Part shown: one piece after another, positions 1 through 8,391 of the stretch | Numbering within the stretch: the stretch's first letter is position 1 | How the letters are laid out: each line of letters opens with the position of its first letter | From: Thermoanaerobaculia bacterium | Lineage (GTDB): Bacteria; Acidobacteriota; Thermoanaerobaculia; UBA5066 | Assembly (NCBI GenBank): GCA_963816185.1 | Contig: CAWFJJ010000030.1 | Span: forward strand, 514,981-578,980 | Direction of reading: 5' to 3' | DNA length: 64,000 bases | Translations under genes and position numbers: made by a program | The notes under the pieces: generated by a model | Database searches by the model: none | What the model was told of the DNA's origin: nothing | The model's input: the letters and a program-made list of their open reading frames with translations, nothing else

Positions 1-414
1 GTCAGGTCGGCGCTGTCGATATGGGGCGGCGGCCTCTCGGACCGCTTCGGGCGCAGGCGGCTCCTGCTCGCGGCGTGGTCTCTCTACGCTCTGTGCTACG
101 CCGGCTTCGCGTTCGTGTCGTCGCCGTGGCCTCTCGTCGGGCTCGTCGGCGTGTACTCGGTCTACTACGCCCTTTCCGAAGGCACCGAGCGCGCGCTCGT
201 CGCGGACCTCGTGCCCGCCGCTTCGCGCGGGCGCGCATTCGGCTGGATGAACGGCCTCATGGGGTTCGCCGCCCTGCCCGCGAGCGTCGGCTTCGGGCTC
301 ATCTGGGAGCACGCGGACTCGAAGACCGCGTTCCTGACGGGAGCCGCGATCGCCACAATCGCCGTGGCGGTCCTCCTCGCTCTTCGCTTTCCCCGCCCGC
401 GCCCCGCCGGGTAA
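1..414 (+). CDS. MFS transporter, C-terminal part (truncated by window start)
   Basis: Frame 1 is open from base 1 (…GLSDRFGRRRLLL…, MFS motif A). Hydrophobic helices follow, including ALVADLVPAASRGRAFG. Confidence 0.85.
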   Translation, partial: VRSALSIWGGGLSDRFGRRRLLLAAWSLYALCYAGFAFVSSPWPLVGLVGVYSVYYALSEGTERALVADLVPAASRGRAFGWMNGLMGFAALPASVGFGLIWEHADSKTAFLTGAAIATIAVAVLLALRFPRPRPAG

Positions 415-424
415 GATCCCCGTC

Positions 425-673
425 ATGTCAGGACCCGTCTGGAAACGCCTCCGCATCAAGGGAACCTGCGACGCGTGCGGCGACACGTGCGACGAGCTTC
501 TCGCCTCGGGCACCGTGGTCGACTTCAAGTTCACGCCAGACTCGCGCTACTGTGCGTCCTGCTACGCCCGCTACGCGGGCCGGTACGACGAGCTGAACCC
601 GAAGGCGGTCGCCGAGCAGCAGAACCCGCCCGCTCTCTCGCGCCCCATCGCCAAGGGTGACATGCCGGATTGA
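425..673 (+). CDS. Small Cys-rich hypothetical protein (possible Zn finger)
   Basis: 82 aa with CDACGDTC and YCASC. Its stop overlaps the TTG start of mqnE. Confidence 0.65.
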   Translation: MSGPVWKRLRIKGTCDACGDTCDELLASGTVVDFKFTPDSRYCASCYARYAGRYDELNPKAVAEQQNPPALSRPIAKGDMPD

Positions 674-1905
674 GCGTCCTCCTGGAGCGTTTCGCCGGCA
701 CGCCGCTCCTTCCGATCGCCGAAAAGGTCGCGGAAGGCCGCCGTCTCTCGTTCGACGACGGCGTCGCCCTGTCCACGTCTCCCGACGTCCTCGGCGTCGG
801 TACGCTCGCGAACTTCGTGCGCGAGAAAAGGCACGGCAACACCGGCTACTACAACGTGAATCGCTACCTGAACCCCACGAACCTCTGCTGGGTGGACTGC
901 GCGCTCTGCGCCTGGGCGCGCAAGCCCGGCGTGGACGGCGGCTACACGATGTCCATCGAGGAGGCGGTCGCAGAGTCGGCCGCCGGATGGCACGACGGGA
1001 TCACCGAGCTCCACATCGTGGGCGGCCTCCACCCGTCGCTCCCCTACTCCTGGTACCTCGATCTCCTCCGGGCGCTCAAGTCCCGCTTCCCGGGCGTCCA
1101 CCTCAAGGCCTGGACGATGGTGGAGCTCGACTGGATCGCGCGTGTCGGAAAGCGCGACGTCGTCGACGTCATCCGCGACCTGAAGGCCGCCGGCATGGAC
1201 TCGTGTCCCGGCGGAGGCGCCGAGATCTTCGCGAAGAGGGTCCGCGACGTCATCTGCCGCGACAAGATCTCCGGAGAGCGCTGGCTCGAGGTCGCGCGCC
1301 TCTGCCACGAGAACGGCGTGAGGACGAACGTCACGATGCTCTACGGCAGCATCGAGACCGTCGAGGAGCGCGTGGACCACCTCGTGCGCATCCGCGAGCT
1401 GCAGGACGAGACGGGGGGCTTCCTCGGCTTCATTCCGCTCGCGTTCCATCCCGAGGAAACGCAGCTCCCCCATCTGCCCGCGGCGACGGGCCTCACGGAC
1501 CTCAAGGTCATCGCCGTCGCGCGCCTCATGCTCGACAACGTCGACCACGTCAAGGCGTACTGGGTGCAGATCGGCGAGAAGCTCGCGCCCGTCGCGCTCC
1601 ACTTCGGCGCAGACGACCTCGTGGGCACGGTGACGGAGGAGACGATCACGCACGCGGCGGGCGCCAAGACCGAGGCCGGCCTTTCGCGCGCCGAGATGGA
1701 GCGCATGATCCGGGGCGCCGGCCGGGAGCCCTTCGAGCGCGACGCGTACTACGAACGCGTTGTGCGGGATGAGGCCGGTCACGTGCTACGAGCCAACCGG
1801 CGGGATTTCGAGAATAGGAAAAGAGAAGATTCTTCGAAGGTGGGGGGAAAAAACCCCGACCTCGTTTCGCCGGCGCGTCTCGACGCCTCGATCGCCTCGA
1901 GCTAA
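670..1905 (+). CDS. mqnE: Aminofutalosine synthase MqnE (CofH-like radical SAM)
   Basis: NRYLNPTNLCWVDCALC radical SAM motif, plus ELHIVGGLHP, PGGGAEIF, FIPLAFHPEET, HVKAYW and ERDAYY. Confidence 0.85.
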   Translation: MSVLLERFAGTPLLPIAEKVAEGRRLSFDDGVALSTSPDVLGVGTLANFVREKRHGNTGYYNVNRYLNPTNLCWVDCALCAWARKPGVDGGYTMSIEEAVAESAAGWHDGITELHIVGGLHPSLPYSWYLDLLRALKSRFPGVHLKAWTMVELDWIARVGKRDVVDVIRDLKAAGMDSCPGGGAEIFAKRVRDVICRDKISGERWLEVARLCHENGVRTNVTMLYGSIETVEERVDHLVRIRELQDETGGFLGFIPLAFHPEETQLPHLPAATGLTDLKVIAVARLMLDNVDHVKAYWVQIGEKLAPVALHFGADDLVGTVTEETITHAAGAKTEAGLSRAEMERMIRGAGREPFERDAYYERVVRDEAGHVLRANRRDFENRKREDSSKVGGKNPDLVSPARLDASIASS

Positions 1906-2064
1906 CGGACCCGGCCTCTCCGCCCCGCCGGCACGCCGGCACGCCGGCCGCGGCTGAAGTGTTTGCACCATTTATTTGTCTCGACTCATTGCCGAGAGTC
2001 GTTGCGTGAATGACAATCGGGGCGCTCCTAACGCCGCCTCAGGGTTTCGGGGGAATGACCGATC

Positions 2065-2652
2065 GTGGTGATCTCGTGCATTCTCGCTTTGACGCTTGTG
2101 TCCCGTCCGATTTCGACCTCTCCGGTGGTCGCGCTGCAGCCGCTCGGCGAGGTGAACGAGAGCGTCGTCGAGAACCTCGCGCGGAACCTGGGCTCACTTT
2201 TCGGGCTGAACGTCACCGTTCTTCCGAAGGAGCCCTTGCCCGAATCCGCTTACTACGCACGGCGAGACCGGTACCGTGCCGAAGATCTCGTGGCGTTCCT
2301 CGACCGCACCACCGCGGCCGCGATTCCTCACGTCCTCGGCGTCACGTCCCGGGACATCTCGGCGCCGAAGGGAGACGTCGCGGACTGGGGCGTTCTCGGA
2401 GTCGCTAGGCTCGGCGGACGGCCCGGCGTCGTCTCGACGTACAGGCTGCACGCGGGCGAGGCGTCTGAGGCGATGTTCTCGCAGAGGCTCGACCGCGTCG
2501 CCGCGCACGAGCTCGGCCACGCGCTCGGCCTTTCGCACTGCCCGAATCCGCACTGCCTCATGCACGACGCGGAAGGCACCATCCGCACCGTCGACTTCGC
2601 GACCGGATTCTGCGAGAAGTGCATCCGGGCCCTCGCGGAGAAGCTCCGCTAG
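2065..2652 (+). CDS. Archaemetzincin-like (M54) zinc metalloprotease
   Basis: HELGHALGLSHCPNPHCLM metzincin motif and C-terminal FCEKC. Confidence 0.85.
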   Translation: MVISCILALTLVSRPISTSPVVALQPLGEVNESVVENLARNLGSLFGLNVTVLPKEPLPESAYYARRDRYRAEDLVAFLDRTTAAAIPHVLGVTSRDISAPKGDVADWGVLGVARLGGRPGVVSTYRLHAGEASEAMFSQRLDRVAAHELGHALGLSHCPNPHCLMHDAEGTIRTVDFATGFCEKCIRALAEKLR

Positions 2653-2659
2653 GTGCGCG

Positions 2660-4231
2660 TCACTCGGGCTTGATGGCCGCGAGGAACTTCAGAGCCTGTC
2701 CCCGCCCGCCGCCGCGCTCGATGTAGAAGCGGATGTACTTGCCCTTCGGCGCTTTCCGGATCTGCGCCTGCAGCTCCTCCACCGTCCCCACGGGCGTGCC
2801 ATTCACCTCGAGGATGACGTCGCCTTCCTGGAGGTTCGCGTCGCCCGCGGGCGAGACCGGCCTGACGTGGGTGATGATGACGCCCTTCTGGATATCCCGG
2901 TCCAGGCCGTAGGCCCGGCGCGCCTGCGGCGTCAGCTCGTCGAGCTCGAGGCCGAGCATCTTCTGCTTGCCGGCCTTCGAATCCTCTTCTTCCCTGGCCG
3001 GCTTCTCGCCGATATCCGGCCTCTCCTCGAGGGTCGCGACCGCGGTCTTCTCCTTGCCGTCGCGGAGGTACGCGATCGAAATCTTGGAGCCGGGTGCCTT
3101 GCCCGAAACGTAATCGATGAGATCGCGGTTGTTCTTCACCGTGACGTCGTCGACCTTCGTGATGATGTCTTCGTGCTTCAGGCCGGCTTTCTCGGCGGGT
3201 TTGCCGGGCTCGACCGAGTTCACGAGGGCGCCTTCGGGCTTCTTCAGGTCGTAGGTCTCCTGCAGCTTCTTGTCGATCGACTCGATGCTCACGCCGAGGA
3301 ATCCGCGCACGACCTTGCCCTTCTTGAGCTGGGGCAGGAGGCGCTTGGCCATGTTCACGGGCACCGCGAAGCCGATGTTCTGCGCGAAGTTGTTCTGCCC
3401 GCGCGCCATCGCGGTGTTGATTCCGATCACCTCTCCGGCCACGTTCACGAGCGGGCCGCCCGAGTTGCCGAAGTTGATCGCGGCGTCGGTCTGCAGGAGG
3501 CTCTCGAAATTCGCGGTCGCGCGCGAGAGGCCCGCGTACCGGCCCTTGCCGGAGATAACGCCCACGGTGACGGACTTGTCGAAGTTGAGAGGGTCGCCGA
3601 TCGCCATGACCCATTCACCGACGCGGATCCGGTCCGAATCTCCAAGCCTCACGATGGGAAACGGCCGGGGGCCGTCGATCTTCAGGAGCGCGAGATCCGA
3701 GGCCGGATCGCGGCCCACGACCTTCGCCGCGTAATCGTCCGTGTCGCCGACCTTGACCTCGATCTTGTCGGCGCCGTCGATGACGTGGTTGTTCGTGAGG
3801 ATGTAGCCGTCACTCTCGATGATGAAGCCCGTGCCTCCCGAAAGCTGCTTCTGGTCCTCATCGTTGTCCGAGCCCCTGCGTCTCGGACCCTCCGGGCCGA
3901 AGAAGAACTCGAACGGGTCGGAGCCGTCCGGGTTTCCGAAGTTATGGAAGCTCCGGCCGCGCAGCTGGTCGGCCTTGATGATGTCCGTCGCCGTCACCGA
4001 GACGATGGCCGGCGTGACCTGCTCGACGATGTCGGCGAACGACGGCAGCGCGACCATCTGAGGAGCGCGGGCGGCTGCGGCCGTCACGGCGGCGGGGGCG
4101 GCAGCCCTCTTCTGAGCGGAAGCGAGCTTCGTGAAGTCCAGGCTTCCGGCCAGGATCATCCCGAAGACGACCGAGCCGGCGAGGAGAGCGGCGAGAGACA
4201 GAACCTTCGTTTTCGTACGCATACCGTCCAT
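2660..4231 (-). CDS. htrA: Do/DegP-family (HtrA) serine protease with two PDZ domains
   Basis: TNNHVI, DLALLKI and QTDAAINFGNSGGPL motifs; N-terminal anchor; two PDZ-like repeats. Confidence 0.92.
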   Translation of the reverse strand: MDGMRTKTKVLSLAALLAGSVVFGMILAGSLDFTKLASAQKRAAAPAAVTAAAARAPQMVALPSFADIVEQVTPAIVSVTATDIIKADQLRGRSFHNFGNPDGSDPFEFFFGPEGPRRRGSDNDEDQKQLSGGTGFIIESDGYILTNNHVIDGADKIEVKVGDTDDYAAKVVGRDPASDLALLKIDGPRPFPIVRLGDSDRIRVGEWVMAIGDPLNFDKSVTVGVISGKGRYAGLSRATANFESLLQTDAAINFGNSGGPLVNVAGEVIGINTAMARGQNNFAQNIGFAVPVNMAKRLLPQLKKGKVVRGFLGVSIESIDKKLQETYDLKKPEGALVNSVEPGKPAEKAGLKHEDIITKVDDVTVKNNRDLIDYVSGKAPGSKISIAYLRDGKEKTAVATLEERPDIGEKPAREEEDSKAGKQKMLGLELDELTPQARRAYGLDRDIQKGVIITHVRPVSPAGDANLQEGDVILEVNGTPVGTVEELQAQIRKAPKGKYIRFYIERGGGRGQALKFLAAIKPE

Positions 4232-4311
4232 AGATGATAGATCCTCGTCGAGGACGGCCTCTGCCGTCTTCCTTTCACGTTACGGGCAAAGATCGTGCCG
4301 GGCCTGTAGTG

Positions 4312-4740
4312 TCAAAGCGACATCCGTCCAAGAGCGGCATGGTCGCGGAAGATGCAGCGGTCCATCGCCACGGGAATGCCAGCGGCCGCGAGGCGGCGGG
4401 CCGCCTCCTCGTCCACCACGCCGTCCTGCATCCAGAAGAATCCCGCTCCGCGCTCGAGAGCTGCGTCGGCGATCGAGGACACGAACTCCGAGCGCCGGAA
4501 GACGTCCACGACGTCGAGGCGCACGTCCCTCGGAATGGAGGCGAGATCCGGATAGCACCTTTTTCCCAGAATCTCGGCATGGCCGGGGTTCACGGGAATC
4601 ACGTCGAATCCCGCGCTCAGGAGATAGCTCGCGATCGCGTGCGACGGGCGGCTTTCTTCGGGCGAGCAGCCCACGACCGCGATCGTCCTGGCGGTTCTCA
4701 GGGCGCGAGCGATTTCCGCGGGGTCGTTGATGCCTGCCAC
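4312..4740 (-). CDS. CoA-binding protein (YccU-like)
   Basis: TIAVVGCS…RPSH, VIPVNPG, DVVDVFRRS, WMQDGV and MDRC motifs. Confidence 0.9.
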   Translation of the reverse strand: MAGINDPAEIARALRTARTIAVVGCSPEESRPSHAIASYLLSAGFDVIPVNPGHAEILGKRCYPDLASIPRDVRLDVVDVFRRSEFVSSIADAALERGAGFFWMQDGVVDEEAARRLAAAGIPVAMDRCIFRDHAALGRMSL

Positions 4741-4748
4741 CCCGCCTC

Positions 4749-5879
4749 CTATCGCGGCCGGCCCCTGTCGGCGTACTCGTCTTCGGGGCGCATGTTGTAG
4801 AAGAACGTCACCGTCACACCCTCCCTGTCGTGCCCGAGGTCGCTCGGCAGCGGGCGAAACGCGCTCGAGCGCGCGATGGCCTGGAAAGCGGCGTTGTCGA
4901 AAGGGGGACGCCCGGAGGGCGAAAGCACGGTCTCACCTTCGACGCGGCCGTCCTTCAGGATGTAGAAGCGGATCGTGATCCGGCCCTTCATGCCGTAGCG
5001 CGCGAGTGCCGGCACGTCCCAGTTCCGCTTGATCTTCCGGATCATTTCCGCCGCGTACGCTCCCCAGTCGTACCCGACGGTGTCGAACGAGAGCGGCCCC
5101 GAGTCGACGAATCCCCCTTCACGATCGAAGCCGCCTCCCTCCTCTCCGCCGCCGCCGGACTGGGCGGCTTTGCGGGCCGCGTCGGCGGTGATCGCGCCGA
5201 GGTCGGGACCGGGTATGCCGAGCAGCCTCCGCCGGGCGGCCCGCTCTTCGGCCGTCGGTGGATCGTGCAGCGGGCCGGCGGTCGCGAGGTCCGTGAGCTT
5301 CCGCCTCTCACCCGAAGGGCTTCCAAGGGGCGCTTGCGCGGCCGGCGCCGGGGCGATCCTCGGTCCCGCTCTCCCGGCCTCGAGGTCGCGAATGCCCGCC
5401 TGTGGAACTGCCTTCGGCACGGGCAGCACCGGGAGGGTGCGGTCCCCCCCGTGCGCCTGCCGGTTCATGTCCGACGGCAGAGAGGTCTTCGGCGCCTCCT
5501 TCGCGCGCGCACCCGGCGCCGGAAAAAACTGAATCGGGATCGCCGGATCGGGCGGTGTCGAGCTCATGAGGCTCTGGATTCCGAGCGGATCCAGCGCGTT
5601 CTGCGCGGCGGTGCGCGCGGGAAGCTTCACGGTCAGGAGGGCGATGACCAGGAGGAGGTGCAGGATGACCGAGACCGCGAACGCGCGTTCGGTGTTGATG
5701 CGCCGCGAGTCGCGCTGGACGACCGCGCCCGCCGGGAGGAACTCCGGCGCGGGCAGGATCGCCTTCTCGTCGAACGGATCCTCTCCGGGGGGCAGGCCCT
5801 TCTCGGGGGGCCAGGCCTCGACGGTTTCCGCGCCCTCGACAAATTCGTCGTTCAGGGAGATGACGATGAGATCGCTGAT
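4749..5879 (-). CDS. TonB/TolA-family energy transducer protein (start probably non-canonical)
   Basis: C-terminal TonB_C domain (IKRNW…FYILKDGRV…FDNAA…FRPLP). The frame stays open upstream of 5630 through a SVILHLLL membrane anchor. Candidate ATC start at 5879 follows GAGGA. Confidence 0.75.
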   Translation of the reverse strand: MSDLIVISLNDEFVEGAETVEAWPPEKGLPPGEDPFDEKAILPAPEFLPAGAVVQRDSRRINTERAFAVSVILHLLLVIALLTVKLPARTAAQNALDPLGIQSLMSSTPPDPAIPIQFFPAPGARAKEAPKTSLPSDMNRQAHGGDRTLPVLPVPKAVPQAGIRDLEAGRAGPRIAPAPAAQAPLGSPSGERRKLTDLATAGPLHDPPTAEERAARRRLLGIPGPDLGAITADAARKAAQSGGGGEEGGGFDREGGFVDSGPLSFDTVGYDWGAYAAEMIRKIKRNWDVPALARYGMKGRITIRFYILKDGRVEGETVLSPSGRPPFDNAAFQAIARSSAFRPLPSDLGHDREGVTVTFFYNMRPEDEYADRGRPR

Positions 5880-5994
5880 GTGCTTCCTCGGGAGGGCGAT
5901 TCGTGGCGCGCCGGACCACCCCCATGGGAAGTCCGTGCCAGATCGGTCCGTTGCGCATGTTACGCGGTCTCAGGCCTTTTCAGGCGCTCGACCC

Positions 5995-6023
5995 TTGCCC
6001 CGGGACGCCTCACGGCCTATAAT
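5995..6023 (+). promoter_or_regulatory. Sigma70-type promoter of the rimP-nusA-infB operon
   Basis: TTGCCC (5995-6000), 17-bp spacer, TATAAT (6018-6023). Confidence 0.75.
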
Positions 6024-6050
6024 TCGCCAGCGGACTTTCAAGGGGCTTGA

Positions 6051-6076
6051 AAGGGGGCACACGCCCTCTTTTTTTT
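6051..6076 (+). terminator. rimP-leader attenuator-like hairpin
   Basis: AAGGGGGC-ACAC-GCCCTCTT followed by T6, located between the promoter and rimP. Confidence 0.7.
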
Positions 6077-6113
6077 GCCCCAAACGGGCTCAAGAAAGGT
6101 ACGAAACGGTTTC

Positions 6114-6584
6114 ATGGATCAGGCGGTGCTCCCCTTCGACGACGTCACGGTGGACCTTCTTCGGACGCGCATCGGCGCGCTCTCTCTGGAGCTCTGCCAC
6201 GTCGAATGGAAGAGAGGATCACGCGCCACGCTGACGCTCACCGTGGACAAGCCCGCCGGTGTGACACTGGAGGACTGCGAGGCCGCGTCGCACGCAGCGT
6301 CGGAAATTCTCGACCCCCTCGAGGAGCAGCTTCCGAAGTACGCGCTCGAGGTTTCCTCCCCCGGCCTCGATCGGCCCCTGTGGACTCTCGCGGACTTCAC
6401 ACGCTTTCGCGGCCGGCGCATCACCGTGCGACTCGCCGGGAAGGTAGAGGGCGCCGCGCGCCTGAAGGGCGTCCTGGAAGAAGTCCGGGGGGATTCCCTG
6501 ACCGTCCTTGATGAGGATCAGCGCCGACGATACACTGTGCGATTCGGCGACGTCCGGCTCGCACGCCTCGTCCCCGAGCTCTGA
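6114..6584 (+). CDS. rimP: Ribosome maturation factor RimP
   Basis: GVTLEDCE and YALEVSSPGLDRPL motifs; sits upstream of nusA. Confidence 0.95.
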   Translation: MDQAVLPFDDVTVDLLRTRIGALSLELCHVEWKRGSRATLTLTVDKPAGVTLEDCEAASHAASEILDPLEEQLPKYALEVSSPGLDRPLWTLADFTRFRGRRITVRLAGKVEGAARLKGVLEEVRGDSLTVLDEDQRRRYTVRFGDVRLARLVPEL

Positions 6585-6615
6585 ACAGAATGCGGCCCAC
6601 GGAGAACACGACACG

Positions 6616-8391
6616 ATGAGTGCGACTCAACCCCCGACGGACAGCGGCGCGGCGCCGGAAAAGCCGGAGAAGAAGACGGGCAAGGGCTCGCGCGGCGGCG
6701 CCAAGGCGCGCGCCGCGAAGGCGGCAAAAGCGGCCCAGGCTCCGCCCGCGACGCGCGCTGACGAGATCATCGAGGCCCTGCGCGCGGCCTCGCGCGACAA
6801 GGAGATCGATTTCGAGCGGCTCGTCGCCGCGCTCGAGGAAGCCATCGCGACGGCCGCTCGCAAGGTCTACAAAGTCCGCGAAATGGCGGCCCGGTTCGAC
6901 CAGAAAACCGGAACGCTGACGGCGTGGACTCCCTATCGGATCGTGGCCGAAAAGACGATCAAGCCGGAGGAGCCCGCGCCGACGGCCGCGATCGATCCGG
7001 AAGACGTGCCGCTCGGGCAGACCGTCGCGCCCGCGCCCGCTCCGGCCGTGCCGATCGACCCGGAGAAAGAGATCCGCCTGCCCTACATCGAGGTTCTTCC
7101 CGAGGAGGCGCACGCGCTTCTTCAGGGCGAGCTCGCGAGCCAGAGCTGGGAAGTCGTGCGGAATCCGAAGGGCGAGGGATCGGTGGGCGAGGAATCGGTC
7201 ATCGAGCCGGCCTCGATGGGGCTCGGCGACGAGATCCGTCTCTATCGCTCGACCGAGGGCCTCGGCCGCATCGCCGCGCAGAGCGCCAAGCAGGTCCTCT
7301 ATCAGAAGGTCCGTGAGGCCGAGCGCGACAACATCTACAACGAGTTCTTCCCGAAGCTCGGCGAGCTCATCACGGGCACGGTCAAGCGGTTCGAGCGCGG
7401 CGACATGATCGTGGACCTCGGCCGCACGGAAGCGGCGATCCCGCGCGAGCACCAGTCACGCGCGGAGCGTTACACGCAGGGCGAGCGCGTACGCGGCGTC
7501 CTCGCGGACGTCCACAAGAACCCGAAGGGCTCGCAGATCATCCTTTCTCGAACCGCCCCCGAGCTCCTCATGCGCCTCATGGAGATGGAGGTCCCCGAGA
7601 TCTACGACGGCACGGTCGTCATCCGGGGCTGCGTGCGGCAGCCCGGCGATCGCGCGAAGGTGGCCGTTTCGTCCCGCGAGAGGGACGTCGACCCCGTCGG
7701 AGCGTGCGTGGGCATGCGCGGCTCGCGCGTGCAGGCGATCATGCGCGAGCTTCGCGGCGAGCGCATCGACATCATCCAGTATTCCGACGACCTCATCACG
7801 TACGCGCAGAACGCGCTCTCCCCGGCGAAGATCACGCGCGTCTCGGCCATGCCGGCCGACGACGAGGCCACGCAGGAGATCGGCCCGGACGGCCAGCCCG
7901 TGGAGCCCGTCCCCACCCTCGAGTGCATCGTCGAGGAGGACCAGCTTTCGCTCGCCATCGGAAAGCGCGGGCAGAACGTCCGCCTCGCCGCAGCCCTGAT
8001 CGGCGCCCGCATCGAGATCAAGAGCGAACAGGCCGTCAAGGCCGAGGTCGCGCAGGCTCTCCAGCGGATGCTGCTCGTCTCGCAGCGCCGCGCAACGCCG
8101 CTCGCGGAGGTCCCGGGCTTCGACGAGGCGGCCACCGCCGCCTTCACGGCCGCGGGGTTCGCGACCGTCGGCGATCTCCTCGAGGCGGAAAGCGGAGCCG
8201 AGGGCAAAGAGGGCGACGATCCGCTCTCCTCGGTCACGCTCGACAAACCCGCGCGCGACGCGGCCCTGGAAGCGGCGCATGCCTTCGAAGAGGCGCCCGA
8301 AGAAGAGGAGGCTGCCGACGAGGGCCTCGAGTTCCAGGAAGTGTCCGAGACCGAGGGCGAGAAAGGCCCCGAGGGAGACCCGCAGACTTGA
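6616..8391 (+). CDS. nusA: Transcription termination/antitermination factor NusA
   Basis: GRIAAQSAKQV, EVPEIYDG, DPVGACVGMRGSRV and SLAIGKRGQNVRLA. Confidence 0.97.
   Translation: MSATQPPTDSGAAPEKPEKKTGKGSRGGAKARAAKAAKAAQAPPATRADEIIEALRAASRDKEIDFERLVAALEEAIATAARKVYKVREMAARFDQKTGTLTAWTPYRIVAEKTIKPEEPAPTAAIDPEDVPLGQTVAPAPAPAVPIDPEKEIRLPYIEVLPEEAHALLQGELASQSWEVVRNPKGEGSVGEESVIEPASMGLGDEIRLYRSTEGLGRIAAQSAKQVLYQKVREAERDNIYNEFFPKLGELITGTVKRFERGDMIVDLGRTEAAIPREHQSRAERYTQGERVRGVLADVHKNPKGSQIILSRTAPELLMRLMEMEVPEIYDGTVVIRGCVRQPGDRAKVAVSSRERDVDPVGACVGMRGSRVQAIMRELRGERIDIIQYSDDLITYAQNALSPAKITRVSAMPADDEATQEIGPDGQPVEPVPTLECIVEEDQLSLAIGKRGQNVRLAAALIGARIEIKSEQAVKAEVAQALQRMLLVSQRRATPLAEVPGFDEAATAAFTAAGFATVGDLLEAESGAEGKEGDDPLSSVTLDKPARDAALEAAHAFEEAPEEEEAADEGLEFQEVSETEGEKGPEGDPQT

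Noticed and set aside
1976-2016. Possible riboswitch/ncRNA hairpin (TTGTC…CGACTC…GAGTCG…GACAA) upstream of the metalloprotease
   Set aside because: The stems are short and no recognisable aptamer consensus is present. It needs a covariance search.
4563-4571. Loose TTC-N3-GAA matches such as 4563 and 47334
   Set aside because: The bare 6-base pattern is expected several times by chance and from Phe-x-Glu codons, so these were not counted as motif copies.
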